A program made the translations under genes and the position numbers. DNA of 32,000 bases, taken from Ruminococcus albus 7 = DSM 20455. GTDB taxonomy: Bacteria; Bacillota; Clostridia; Oscillospirales; Ruminococcaceae. Positions 1-8,069 of this stretch are shown piece by piece (positions within the stretch are counted from its first letter, which is position 1; every line of letters starts with the position of its first letter). The stretch is taken from positions 2,010,001 through 2,042,000 of the forward strand of contig NC_014833.1 of the NCBI RefSeq assembly GCF_000179635.2, given 5' to 3'. Under the pieces are notes generated by a model. That model did no database searches. It was given only the letters and a program-made list of their open reading frames with translations, and was not told where the DNA came from.

Positions 1-588
1 ATATTCAGCGAAAATATTTCTGCTGCAGGTTATCTTAAACAGCTGAAGGACCATTCGACTTACGGTCCTATGGTCAAATCCATGCTTCGATATGGTGCAG
101 CCGCACAGAATTATTTCGGATACAAAACAGATGATCCGGCAAACAGTGGTATCGAAGGTTATGGACTTGATACTCTGAAAGAATTAAAAATTGATGATAA
201 TTCACCTTCTCAAGTTCAATATTCTCAGGCATTTGACCTTCAGTATTCTTCATATTATGGAATGAATATGACCTATGATTATGATACATCACTGCTTATT
301 GCATTCAGGATCACAGGCAGCTATGAAGCATCTAAGGCTGAGCTTGAAGAAAAATTCGTAAGTGAAACTTACGAAGTCACCTATGAAAAAGACAACACCG
401 GCAATTTTATTATCGTTAAGGTAGCAAATATCCCGATCAAGAAGCTTGGTGAACCTGTCTTTACTTTTGGCGGTGTTGATGTCAAGGCAACTGATTATCT
501 TGCAAGGATAGCAAATAATCTCGAAAAATCCGATAAATTGCGAGATCTGTGCAGAGGACTTTATGCGTTTTATGCTTCTGCAACTTAA
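1..588 (+). CDS. Hypothetical protein, C-terminal part (5' end outside the window)
   Basis: Frame 1 is open from base 1 with no stop before the ATG at 70, so the gene starts upstream of the window. Stop at 586-588. No catalytic motif recognised. An SD-preceded small ORF follows 17 nt later. Confidence 0.6.
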   Translation: MFSENISAAGYLKQLKDHSTYGPMVKSMLRYGAAAQNYFGYKTDDPANSGIEGYGLDTLKELKIDDNSPSQVQYSQAFDLQYSSYYGMNMTYDYDTSLLIAFRITGSYEASKAELEEKFVSETYEVTYEKDNTGNFIIVKVANIPIKKLGEPVFTFGGVDVKATDYLARIANNLEKSDKLRDLCRGLYAFYASAT

Positions 589-605
589 GAAAGAGGTGAA
601 CTTTA

Positions 606-728
606 ATGGATAAGAAATATGTTACTCCCGAAATGGAGATCACCGAGTTTTTGAATGAAGATGTGATAACAACATCTACACCTGATTATACTGATCCCAA
701 TACACCCGGCGGTGAAGGCTGGGGCTGA
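606..728 (+). CDS. Small acidic peptide, 40 aa, function unknown (MDKKYVTPEMEITEFLNEDVITTSTPDYTDPNTPGGEGWG)
   Basis: ATG at 606 lies 7 nt after a GAGGTG Shine-Dalgarno (593-598). Stop is TGA at 726-728. A rho-independent terminator starts about 40 nt downstream. The ORF is below the 60-aa cut-off of the supplied track. Confidence 0.45.
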   Translation: MDKKYVTPEMEITEFLNEDVITTSTPDYTDPNTPGGEGWG

Positions 729-766
729 TAATACAACAATTAATCAGGATACAGTATTAGAGATAT

Positions 767-807
767 GCGCTGCGTCATTTCCATGTAGGGTTGACGCAGC
801 GTTTTTA
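767..807 (+). terminator. Rho-independent terminator after the small ORF
   Basis: 10-bp GC-rich stem GCGCTGCGTCA / TGACGCAGCG (767-777 / 792-801) followed by TTTTT. Confidence 0.7.
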
Positions 808-878
808 TGTGAGATTATAATTGTTTGATAAAAATATGTCATATAAATGACCGAGCAGCAAAATATAATGCGAGCGGC

Positions 879-907
879 TTTACTTTTACGGCATAATGTG
901 TTATAAT
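879..907 (+). promoter_or_regulatory. Putative sigma-A promoter of mrp
   Basis: TTTACT (879-884), 17-nt spacer, extended -10 TGtTATAAT (899-907), about 30 nt before the start codon. Confidence 0.4.
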
Positions 908-938
908 AAACTTATCATTACTGAAAGGAATGTTTTAA

Positions 939-1757
939 ATGAGTGAAGAATGTACACATGATTGCAGCAGCTGCTCAGCTGATTGCTCATCAAGAGATAA
1001 TGGCATAGAAAAAGCACCTGCACATTATATGTCTAATGTTAAAAAGGTCATCGCGGTAGTCAGCGGAAAGGGTGGTGTTGGTAAATCACTTGTTACATCT
1101 CTGCTGGCTGTTGATTTTGCCAGAAAGGGCTTCAAAACTGCTGTGCTTGATGCAGATATCACAGGTCCTTCAATCCCTAAGATTTTTGGCATTAATGAAA
1201 GACCTGTCAACAATGAGGAAGCTCTGTTCCCTTGTGAGAGCGAATTCGGTACTAAGGTCATGTCAATAAATCTGCTGATGGAAAATTCCTCTGATCCTGT
1301 TATATGGCGCGGCCCTGTTATAGCAGGTGCTGTAACACAGTTCTGGACAGATGTTGCATGGGGCGATGTTGACTATATGTTCGTTGATATGCCTCCCGGA
1401 ACAGGTGATGTTCCACTGACAGTTTTCCAGTCACTTCCTGTTGACGGTATTGTAATTGTAAGCTCACCTCAGTCTCTTGTATCTCTTGTTGTGGAAAAAT
1501 CTGTAAAAATGGCAAAGATGATGAATGTTCCCATACTCGGTATCATCGAGAATATGAGCTATCTTAAATGTCCGGATTGCGGCAAGGAGATCAAGGTGTT
1601 CGGTGACAGCCATGTAGATGAGATCGCTAAGGAATATGATCTCAAAGTTCTTGCAAAACTGCCTATCGACCCGCTTACTGCAACTCTCTGTGACAGCGGC
1701 AAGATCGAGATAATCGAAAATGATACTATTGCGGCTTTCAAGGATATCAAATTCTGA
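939..1757 (+). CDS. mrp: Mrp/NBP35 family ATP-binding Fe-S cluster carrier protein
   Basis: Deviant Walker A GKGGVGKS, the conserved CPDCG motif, and a Cys-rich N-terminus CTHDCSSCSADC. AGGAA SD upstream. Confidence 0.9.
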   Translation: MSEECTHDCSSCSADCSSRDNGIEKAPAHYMSNVKKVIAVVSGKGGVGKSLVTSLLAVDFARKGFKTAVLDADITGPSIPKIFGINERPVNNEEALFPCESEFGTKVMSINLLMENSSDPVIWRGPVIAGAVTQFWTDVAWGDVDYMFVDMPPGTGDVPLTVFQSLPVDGIVIVSSPQSLVSLVVEKSVKMAKMMNVPILGIIENMSYLKCPDCGKEIKVFGDSHVDEIAKEYDLKVLAKLPIDPLTATLCDSGKIEIIENDTIAAFKDIKF

Positions 1758-1775
1758 TAGATGTTTTATTATAAT

Positions 1776-1812
1776 AAAAATGCTCTTCCGTCAGTTTGGA
1801 AGAGCATTTTTT
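1776..1812. terminator. Bidirectional rho-independent terminator (mrp on +, MATE transcript on -)
   Basis: Stem ATGCTCTTCC / GGAAGAGCAT (1780-1789 / 1798-1807), flanked by an A-run on the left and a T-run on the right. Confidence 0.75.
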
Positions 1813-1828
1813 ATATGATTATCCCGAT

Positions 1829-1960
1829 GACACACCACATTAATTAGTATTATATCGGAACTTGAAACACTTGGCGGTTATCCTCACCCCGCCGCAGACG
1901 GGGAAATGATAACTACGACACGATATTACCGTGTTATATAGCACTTTGTGGTGGTGTGCT
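1829..1960. other. Candidate structured RNA or 3'UTR element, class unknown
   Basis: Nested complementarity. Outer stem CACACCAC (1831-1838) / GTGGTGTG (1951-1958). Composite hairpin GTTATC-ctca-CCCCG...CGGGG-aaat-GATAAC (1877-1913). Hairpin ACACG...CGTGT (1918-1934). I cannot match it to a known family. Confidence 0.25.
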
Positions 1961-1979
1961 AAATGGATAACCATGTTTT

Positions 1980-3377
1980 TTATTTTTCATCCACAAGGTT
2001 GCTTATCCATATATCAGAGCGAACCATGAAATATCCTAGAAATACTTTGATTATCTCCGCGAAAGTTATTATAGTAAACATCGGGTGGATATCCATTTCA
2101 GTGAAGTGAGCCAGTATAAAAGCACAGGGGATCACAAGTACCCAGGTGAATACAAAATCAAACAGGAAAGTCAGACCTGTTTTTCCACCGCTGCGTAGTG
2201 TGAAGTAGCAAGCGTGAGTGTATGACCATAAAGGCATAGCGATAGCCTGTATAATTATCATGAAAGTCGAAAGATCCTTGACAGCTTCACTTGTTTTGTA
2301 AAGTTTTGGAAAAAGAGGGGCTAAAGGTATTATCGCAGCAGCAAGTATTACAGTGGATATGACGCTAAAAAACCTGAGCTTATCATCTGTGCTTCGTGCT
2401 TCTTTGAGCTTGTTTGCTCCGAGCTCTGCACCGACTATAATCCCTATACAAGCTCCCAGTTGGATGAATACCACGCTGAAAAGATTTGTTATGGTACTGC
2501 TTATGTTTCTTGCAGCTACTACATCAAGACCCCTTTCCGAATAACACTGAGCCAGTACTGACATACCTGCCGCCCATAGAAATTCGTTTATCAGCAGTGG
2601 GTATCCTTTGAACGTCATAGATCTTATTAGGTTAGATGGAATAGCTGTGCTTCTGAACAATCCTACAATGTAAGGGTTACTTTTGGGGTTTGAATGTGTC
2701 CAGATTATAACAACTGCAGCTTCGATCGCTTTAGCTATTACTGTTGCAACAGCGGCGCCTTTTACACCCATCTCCGGCATACCAAGCTTTCCGAAAATGA
2801 GTCCGTAGTCCAGAACAAGGTTCACGCCGACTGCTGTCATAGAACTTATCATTGGTATAGTGGTGATACTGCACTCACGAAGGGTGCTCGAATATGCTTG
2901 TCCGATCCCGAAAGGTATCAGACCTATTATCATTATTCCCATATAGTCCTTTGCGCTTTTTATGGTAAGAGCTATCATCTCAGGACTATCATCTTCACTT
3001 ATAAATAATTTTATCAGAGGTTCATCGAAAAATCCTAATACAAATGCTCCTACGGCAATAGTAACAGCACAGATATACAGCTTGAATCGTACTGTGTACC
3101 TTAGACCATCGTTGTCGCCTTTGCCGAAAAACTGTGCTCCGAAAATACCCGGACCGGCGACTGCACCGAATACAGTTATATTGAATACAAATATGAACTG
3201 ATTCACGATAGATACACCGCTCATCTGTTCTGTTCCTATTTGCCCGACCATGATGTTATCTATCATGCTGACAAAATTTGTGACAAGATTCTGCAGTATC
3301 ATCGGTATTACTGTAATAAGCACGCGCTTATAGAAAGCTTTGTCACCTATATATTTTTCTTTTAATGATGTTTTCAT
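1980..3377 (-). CDS. MATE family efflux transporter
   Basis: 465 aa, about 12 predicted TM helices. N-terminus and overall pattern are typical of MATE (NorM/DinF-like) exporters. AGGAG SD upstream on the - strand. Confidence 0.9.
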   Translation of the reverse strand: MKTSLKEKYIGDKAFYKRVLITVIPMILQNLVTNFVSMIDNIMVGQIGTEQMSGVSIVNQFIFVFNITVFGAVAGPGIFGAQFFGKGDNDGLRYTVRFKLYICAVTIAVGAFVLGFFDEPLIKLFISEDDSPEMIALTIKSAKDYMGIMIIGLIPFGIGQAYSSTLRECSITTIPMISSMTAVGVNLVLDYGLIFGKLGMPEMGVKGAAVATVIAKAIEAAVVIIWTHSNPKSNPYIVGLFRSTAIPSNLIRSMTFKGYPLLINEFLWAAGMSVLAQCYSERGLDVVAARNISSTITNLFSVVFIQLGACIGIIVGAELGANKLKEARSTDDKLRFFSVISTVILAAAIIPLAPLFPKLYKTSEAVKDLSTFMIIIQAIAMPLWSYTHACYFTLRSGGKTGLTFLFDFVFTWVLVIPCAFILAHFTEMDIHPMFTIITFAEIIKVFLGYFMVRSDIWISNLVDEK

Positions 3378-3658
3378 TATACTCTCCTTTTTATGACTGA
3401 GGGAAATTATAACATAGTTTGCTCAAAAAAGCAAGTCAATACTCGTTATTTTTACATTTTATTGATTATTCTTTGCGGTATATATTTTAATTGTAGGTGA
3501 GCATAATACGGAATAGTTCAAACAAGAACTTTGCCATGAAGATTTATTCATATAAAACCAATGAATAGTTCAGCGGTGTATGATACAATATAATCGGTTT
3601 GTAAATATTGTACAAACCGCGTTGTATAATTTTGATAAAGAACATAAAGGAGAAAACA

Positions 3659-4300
3659 ATGAAATTAAGAAAATCAGCTATTGTTTTGACTGCTATAATG
3701 ATGATGTGCGCATCGGGCTGTGCTAATTCCGAAAAAAATGAAAATGCCGATAAGTCAGATAAAACAGAAAAATCAAATTCCTCTGTCGTGACTACAACTG
3801 TTGCAAATACAGTTTCTATGCCTGAACCTATACCGGTGCCGGAAGGCGGGTGGACAGACGAAACCATCAAAGATGTTATCTACATCAATGGCAAGAATCT
3901 GGAACTGCCATGTACCATTGATGACCTTGGTGACGGTTTTGAGATAGAACCTAATGATGAGGCTGATAAGGAAATAGAGGAAGGTCGCGTCGGGATATAT
4001 CATCTCAACTACTATGGATATTTTGTAGGCTTTGTTGGTATAAAAGAGTCTAACAAAATATATTCATTAGACTTTGATGCATTTGACAGCCCTATTGAGG
4101 ACTATCCTGATATACCTTTCAGTATCAATGGTGTCACTATAGGTACTCCTTTTTCTGAGGTCAGAGAGAGAATGGGTAAAGATTTTTCAGATGAAGGTAA
4201 TCCCGGTCACTTTAAGTGTGATTTCAAAAATTTTAGGGTTAGTATGTATGATGCGTACAATAATGATAAGATATCTTCTATTGAGATATTTAGTCATTAA
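3659..4300 (+). CDS. Lipoprotein, function unknown
   Basis: I prefer the ATG at 3659, which follows AAGGAGAA. Signal peptide MKLRKSAIVLTAIMMMCASGC has a lipobox-like ASGC. The track start at 3608 lies inside an upstream hairpin and has no SD. Confidence 0.75.
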   Translation: MKLRKSAIVLTAIMMMCASGCANSEKNENADKSDKTEKSNSSVVTTTVANTVSMPEPIPVPEGGWTDETIKDVIYINGKNLELPCTIDDLGDGFEIEPNDEADKEIEEGRVGIYHLNYYGYFVGFVGIKESNKIYSLDFDAFDSPIEDYPDIPFSINGVTIGTPFSEVRERMGKDFSDEGNPGHFKCDFKNFRVSMYDAYNNDKISSIEIFSH

Positions 4301-4370
4301 AAAGAACAGCTTGTATAATTATATTGAAATCCTGTCAGATAAAAAATGAATGTTAAATTTCATTTCGCAC

Positions 4371-4399
4371 TTGACAAAAGAGCAAAAATGTAGTATCAT
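4371..4399 (+). promoter_or_regulatory. Sigma-A promoter driving the T-box leader
   Basis: TTGACA (4371-4376), 17-nt spacer, TATCAT (4394-4399). Confidence 0.6.
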
Positions 4400-4420
4400 T
4401 AGTTAATAGTATAGATAAAT

Positions 4421-4651
4421 GCTTTGACGGAGCAAAGTAGTCTGGTAGGCGCATTTTCAGAGAGTCTGCGGCAGGTGTGAGCAGGCAGCGTCCCACGATG
4501 AAGTTACTCTCCCGAGCTTTCGGCTTGAAATCTCAGTAGGGCTGAACGTTTCCCGCGTTAAGGGCAATGAGGTCGGCGTATGCCGATAAACTGAGGTGGT
4601 ACCGCGTAAATTTCGCCCTCGGAGGACTTAGTGTCCTTCGAGGGCTTTTTT
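4421..4651 (+). promoter_or_regulatory. T-box riboswitch leader (tRNA-sensing transcription attenuator)
   Basis: K-turn base GCTTTGAC...CGAGC. Specifier loop with S-turn AGTA (4436-4439) / GAA (4500-4502). AGAGAG bulge 4459-4464 and distal loop GGTGTGA 4474-4480. AGTA-II and F-box-like GCGTTA. Stem III 4573-4586. T-box sequence AAACTGAGGTGGTACCGCG 4588-4606. Terminator GCCCTCGGAGGAC / GTCCTTCGAGGGC plus T6 (4615-4651). Confidence 0.85.
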
Positions 4652-4678
4652 GATGCTTGTAAAGCGAGGTGTCGTTAG

Positions 4679-5155
4679 TTGAACAGTATCAGGCTTGTTA
4701 AGGCAAATGCTGAGAAAGCTGTGCTTGTGCATAGGTTGCAGCGTGAGGCTTTTATGCCGCTGTATGAACGATACCGCGATGACGAGACTTCTCCCGCACT
4801 TGAAACTGTCAGCCGTATCACCGAAAGAATATCTGATTCCGATTTTCTGGTGATATATCTTGGGGATACGCCTATGGGCGGAGTAAGGATTCGGCGTTTT
4901 GAAAATGATGGTGAAGTCGTAAGGAATATCAGCCCGCTGTTTATTATTCCCCAATACTGGGATAAGGGTATCGGTTCAGAGGTCATGAAAGTGCTTTTTG
5001 ATACCTATTCTGATGCTGACAAATGGACGCTTTCTACAATCGAAGAAGATGAAAGAAACTGTCATTTTTACGAAAAGCTGGGATTCGTTCGCACAGGCAC
5101 AAGTACTGTCATAAACGAAAGAATGACTATCATCGGTTATGAGAAGAGATGCTGA
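4679..5155 (+). CDS. GNAT family N-acetyltransferase
   Basis: TTG start 7 nt after GAGGTG (4666-4671). Acetyl-CoA binding motif QYWDKGIGSEV. C-terminal FYEKLGF is typical of GNATs. Confidence 0.85.
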   Translation: MNSIRLVKANAEKAVLVHRLQREAFMPLYERYRDDETSPALETVSRITERISDSDFLVIYLGDTPMGGVRIRRFENDGEVVRNISPLFIIPQYWDKGIGSEVMKVLFDTYSDADKWTLSTIEEDERNCHFYEKLGFVRTGTSTVINERMTIIGYEKRC

Positions 5156-5184
5156 ATAAATATTTCGGCTGTTATTTGTAAGAT

Positions 5185-6069
5185 ATGGAATACATCAAAG
5201 CTAAGACTATTCTGCAAAAGTGCAAAGATACCTCGTGGTTCGGGAATGATTACAATATGAATCTGTACCGCGGCTGCTGTCACGGTTGCATATATTGCGA
5301 CAGCCGAAGTGATTGTTATCAGATAGAGGATTTTGACAAGGTTCGTGCCAAAGATAATGCGCTGATGATACTCCGTGATGAACTTCGCAGGAAAGTAAAA
5401 TCAGGTGTAATAGGTACGGGTTCGATGTCCGACCCATATAACCCTTTTGAACGCGATGAAAGACTCACGGAAAAATCGCTGATGATTATAGATGCATACG
5501 GCTTCGGGATTACGGTGATAACCAAATCTCCGCTGATAACAAGAGATATCCATCTGTATAAACAGATAGCAGAACATTCACCCGTACTTTGTAAAATGAC
5601 GATAACCACCGCAGATGACAAGCTTTCGCGGTTAGTTGAACCGCGTGTGGCTGCCTCTTCAGAAAGGTTTGATGCACTTGCCAGGATGTCCGATGCGGGA
5701 GTGTTCACCGGTATTACATTGATGCCTGTTCTGCCTTTTATTGAAGATACCGAGGATAACATAAGGACGATAGTTCGCAGAGCGCATGAATGTGGAGTGC
5801 GGTGCATATATCCTGCTTTCGGAATGACGCTTCGCTCAGGCAACAGGGAGTATTTTTACCAAAAGCTTGACGAGAGCTTCTCGGGGTTGAAAGATCAATA
5901 TATCAGAAGATACGGCAACAGATATGAATGCCCGTCACCGAATGCTAAAAAACTTTGGCAGGTGTTCACAGAAGAATGCGTAAGGTACGGCATACTTTAT
6001 GAGATGAAAGCAATTATTAACGCATATAAAGCAGGGTATGAAGACGGTCAGCTTAGCTTTTTTGACTGA
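5185..6069 (+). CDS. Radical SAM protein, SPL / DNA-repair-photolyase-like family (COG1533-like)
   Basis: CxxxCxxC cluster motif in RGCCHGCIYCDS near the N-terminus. Length and N-terminal pattern (WF..DY..N.YRGC) match SplB-related radical SAM proteins. Confidence 0.8.
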   Translation: MEYIKAKTILQKCKDTSWFGNDYNMNLYRGCCHGCIYCDSRSDCYQIEDFDKVRAKDNALMILRDELRRKVKSGVIGTGSMSDPYNPFERDERLTEKSLMIIDAYGFGITVITKSPLITRDIHLYKQIAEHSPVLCKMTITTADDKLSRLVEPRVAASSERFDALARMSDAGVFTGITLMPVLPFIEDTEDNIRTIVRRAHECGVRCIYPAFGMTLRSGNREYFYQKLDESFSGLKDQYIRRYGNRYECPSPNAKKLWQVFTEECVRYGILYEMKAIINAYKAGYEDGQLSFFD

Positions 6070-6147
6070 CTAAACCCACTGAAAGGTTGTGATAAAAATG
6101 ATATCTACCGCAGATTTCATTGTTTATGTGAAAGAGAGGGCTGTCTG

Positions 6148-6624
6148 ATGTTCAGAGAAATGCTGAGAAAGAAACAAGCTCTTACAGACGAAGAATGTAT
6201 AGCGGTGTTAAAGACTGAAAAAAGGGGAGTTCTTTCTGTTCTTGGTGACGATGACTACCCATATGGTATGCCTATAAACCATTTCTATTTTGATGAGGAC
6301 GGACATATTTATTTTCACGGTGCTAAGTTTGGTCACAGGGTCGATGCAGTGAAGCGCCACGAAAAGGTCAGCTACTGTGTTTTTGATGAGGGCTATCGCA
6401 AAGAAGGCGAATGGGCTCTGAACATAAAAAGCGTTATTGTTTTCGGCAGACTTGTTCCCGTGGAAGACGAAGCTAAGATGATAGACATCTGCAGAAAACT
6501 CAGCCATAAATTCACCGATGACGAAAGCTACATTGAAAGTGAGATAAAGAAGGCGGGTTTTCGTACATTGATGTACGAGCTTATTCCTGAATATATGACT
6601 GGCAAACTGGTAAAAGAGGCATAA
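6148..6624 (+). CDS. Pyridoxamine 5'-phosphate oxidase family (Nim-like flavin-binding split-barrel) protein
   Basis: 158 aa. The pattern RGVLSV..DDYPYGMPINHFYF..DGHIYFHGAKFGH is typical of COG3467/PNPOx-like proteins. GAGGG SD 7 nt upstream. Confidence 0.8.
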   Translation: MFREMLRKKQALTDEECIAVLKTEKRGVLSVLGDDDYPYGMPINHFYFDEDGHIYFHGAKFGHRVDAVKRHEKVSYCVFDEGYRKEGEWALNIKSVIVFGRLVPVEDEAKMIDICRKLSHKFTDDESYIESEIKKAGFRTLMYELIPEYMTGKLVKEA

Positions 6625-6689
6625 TTCGATAATAAATAACACAAGTAAAATAATGAATATAAAATATTTTCAAATGGAGGAAAACTAAA

Positions 6690-7910
6690 ATGACTTGTTT
6701 TGAAGAACTCAAAAGAAGAGGACTCATCGCTCAGATGACAGATGAAAAGGAACTGGAAGAACTTATCAACAATGGTAAGGCTACTTTCTATATCGGTTTT
6801 GACCCCACCGCTGACAGCCTTCACGTTGGTCACTTCATGGCACTGTGCCTGATGAAGAGACTCCAGATGGCAGGCAACAAGCCTATTGCACTGGTAGGAG
6901 GCGGTACCGGTATGATCGGTGACCCTTCAGGTAAGACTGATATGCGTAAGATGCTTACTCCTGAGACTATCCAGCACAACTGTGAATGTTTCAAGAAGCA
7001 GATGAGCAAATTCATCGATTTCTCTGATGGTAAAGCACTGATGGTAAACAACGGCGACTGGCTGCTGAACCTCAATTATGTTGATGTTCTCCGTGAGGTA
7101 GGCGCTTGTTTCTCTGTAAACAAGATGCTGACATTTGAGTGCTATAAGCAGAGAATGGAGAGAGGTCTGACATTCCTGGAATTCAACTACATGATCATGC
7201 AGTCTTACGACTTCTACAGACTGTTCCAGGATTACGGTTGTAATATGCAGTTCGGCGGCGATGACCAGTGGGCAAATATGCTGGGCGGTACCGAGCTTAT
7301 CAGAAAGAAGCTTGGCAAAGACGCTTACGCTATGACAATCACCCTGCTGCTCAACTCCGAGGGCAAGAAGATGGGTAAGACCGAAAAGGGTGCTGTTTGG
7401 CTTGATGCTGAAAAGACTTCTCCTTACGATTTCTATCAGTACTGGAGAAATGTTGATGATGCTGATGTTATCAAGTGTCTGAAACTGCTGACATTTGTTC
7501 CTATTGAGCAGATCGAAGAAATGGAGCAGCACATGGAAGGCGCCGAGTACAACAAGGCTAAGGAACTGCTGGCATTCGAGCTGACAAAGCTTATCCATGG
7601 TGAAGAAGAAGCTCAGAAGGCTGATGCTGCTGCGAAGGCAATTTTCGGCGGCGGAGCTGACAGTGCTGATATGCCTGCCGTTACACTCACAGCCGATGAT
7701 GTTGATGAGAATAAGCAGATAGGCATACTGAATCTGCTTGTAAAGTCCGGTCTGGCTCCTTCCAATGGTGAAGCAAGAAGACTTGTTCAGCAGAACGGTA
7801 TAGCTGTGAACGGTGAAAAGTTTACCGATCCTAAGGGTATGGTAGATCTCTCCGAGCAGGTCATTATCAAGAAGGGCAAGAAGGTATTCCTCAAAGTTGT
7901 TCTCGGCTGA
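6690..7910 (+). CDS. tyrS: Tyrosine--tRNA ligase
   Basis: HIGH motif HVGH, KMSKS motif KMGKT, and a C-terminal S4-like domain ([16 protein letters not shown]). GGAGGA SD. Confidence 0.97.
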   Translation: MTCFEELKRRGLIAQMTDEKELEELINNGKATFYIGFDPTADSLHVGHFMALCLMKRLQMAGNKPIALVGGGTGMIGDPSGKTDMRKMLTPETIQHNCECFKKQMSKFIDFSDGKALMVNNGDWLLNLNYVDVLREVGACFSVNKMLTFECYKQRMERGLTFLEFNYMIMQSYDFYRLFQDYGCNMQFGGDDQWANMLGGTELIRKKLGKDAYAMTITLLLNSEGKKMGKTEKGAVWLDAEKTSPYDFYQYWRNVDDADVIKCLKLLTFVPIEQIEEMEQHMEGAEYNKAKELLAFELTKLIHGEEEAQKADAAAKAIFGGGADSADMPAVTLTADDVDENKQIGILNLLVKSGLAPSNGEARRLVQQNGIAVNGEKFTDPKGMVDLSEQVIIKKGKKVFLKVVLG

Positions 7911-7957
7911 TCTGTCTTTACTGATACAAGCAGTAAGTATTTTTAATATTCCGATAC

Positions 7958-7992
7958 ACTGCCCGAGGGTCATGCTCTCGGGCAGTACATTT
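7958..7992 (+). terminator. Putative terminator after tyrS
   Basis: Stem ACTGCCCGAG / CTCGGGCAGT (7958-7967 / 7977-7986). The trailing T-run is weak. Confidence 0.5.
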
Positions 7993-8021
7993 AGAACAAA
8001 TGTAAATTTTAACAAACCCTA

Positions 8022-8050
8022 TTGCATATATATTACACTTATGCTATAAT
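8022..8050 (+). promoter_or_regulatory. Putative sigma-A promoter of rlmA
   Basis: TTGCAT (8022-8027), 17-nt spacer, TATAAT (8045-8050). Confidence 0.5.
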
Positions 8051-8069
8051 AATCCAAAAGGTGATGAAT

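Noticed and set aside
6098-6148. 16-codon micro-ORF (MISTADFIVYVKERAV) whose TGA overlaps the ATG of the PNPOx-like gene
   Set aside because: The only SD-like element (GAAAGG) is 11 nt from the ATG. The ORF is very short and nothing suggests a regulatory leader. It could be chance in AT-rich spacer sequence.
6927-8015. 362-aa ORF on the - strand
   Set aside because: It lies entirely antisense to the very well supported tyrS gene. It has no SD, a low-complexity Leu/Ile/Ser-rich translation, and runs through the tyrS terminator. This is a typical shadow ORF.
8022-8069. N-terminal extensions implied by the longest-ORF track starts (also 3608, 12952, 16605, 17870, 18663, 20041, 23587, 25958, 31077)
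   Set aside because: In every case a downstream ATG has a proper SD at 5-9 nt. The extension overlaps a promoter, a terminator hairpin or the preceding gene, and the family N-terminus begins at the downstream Met.
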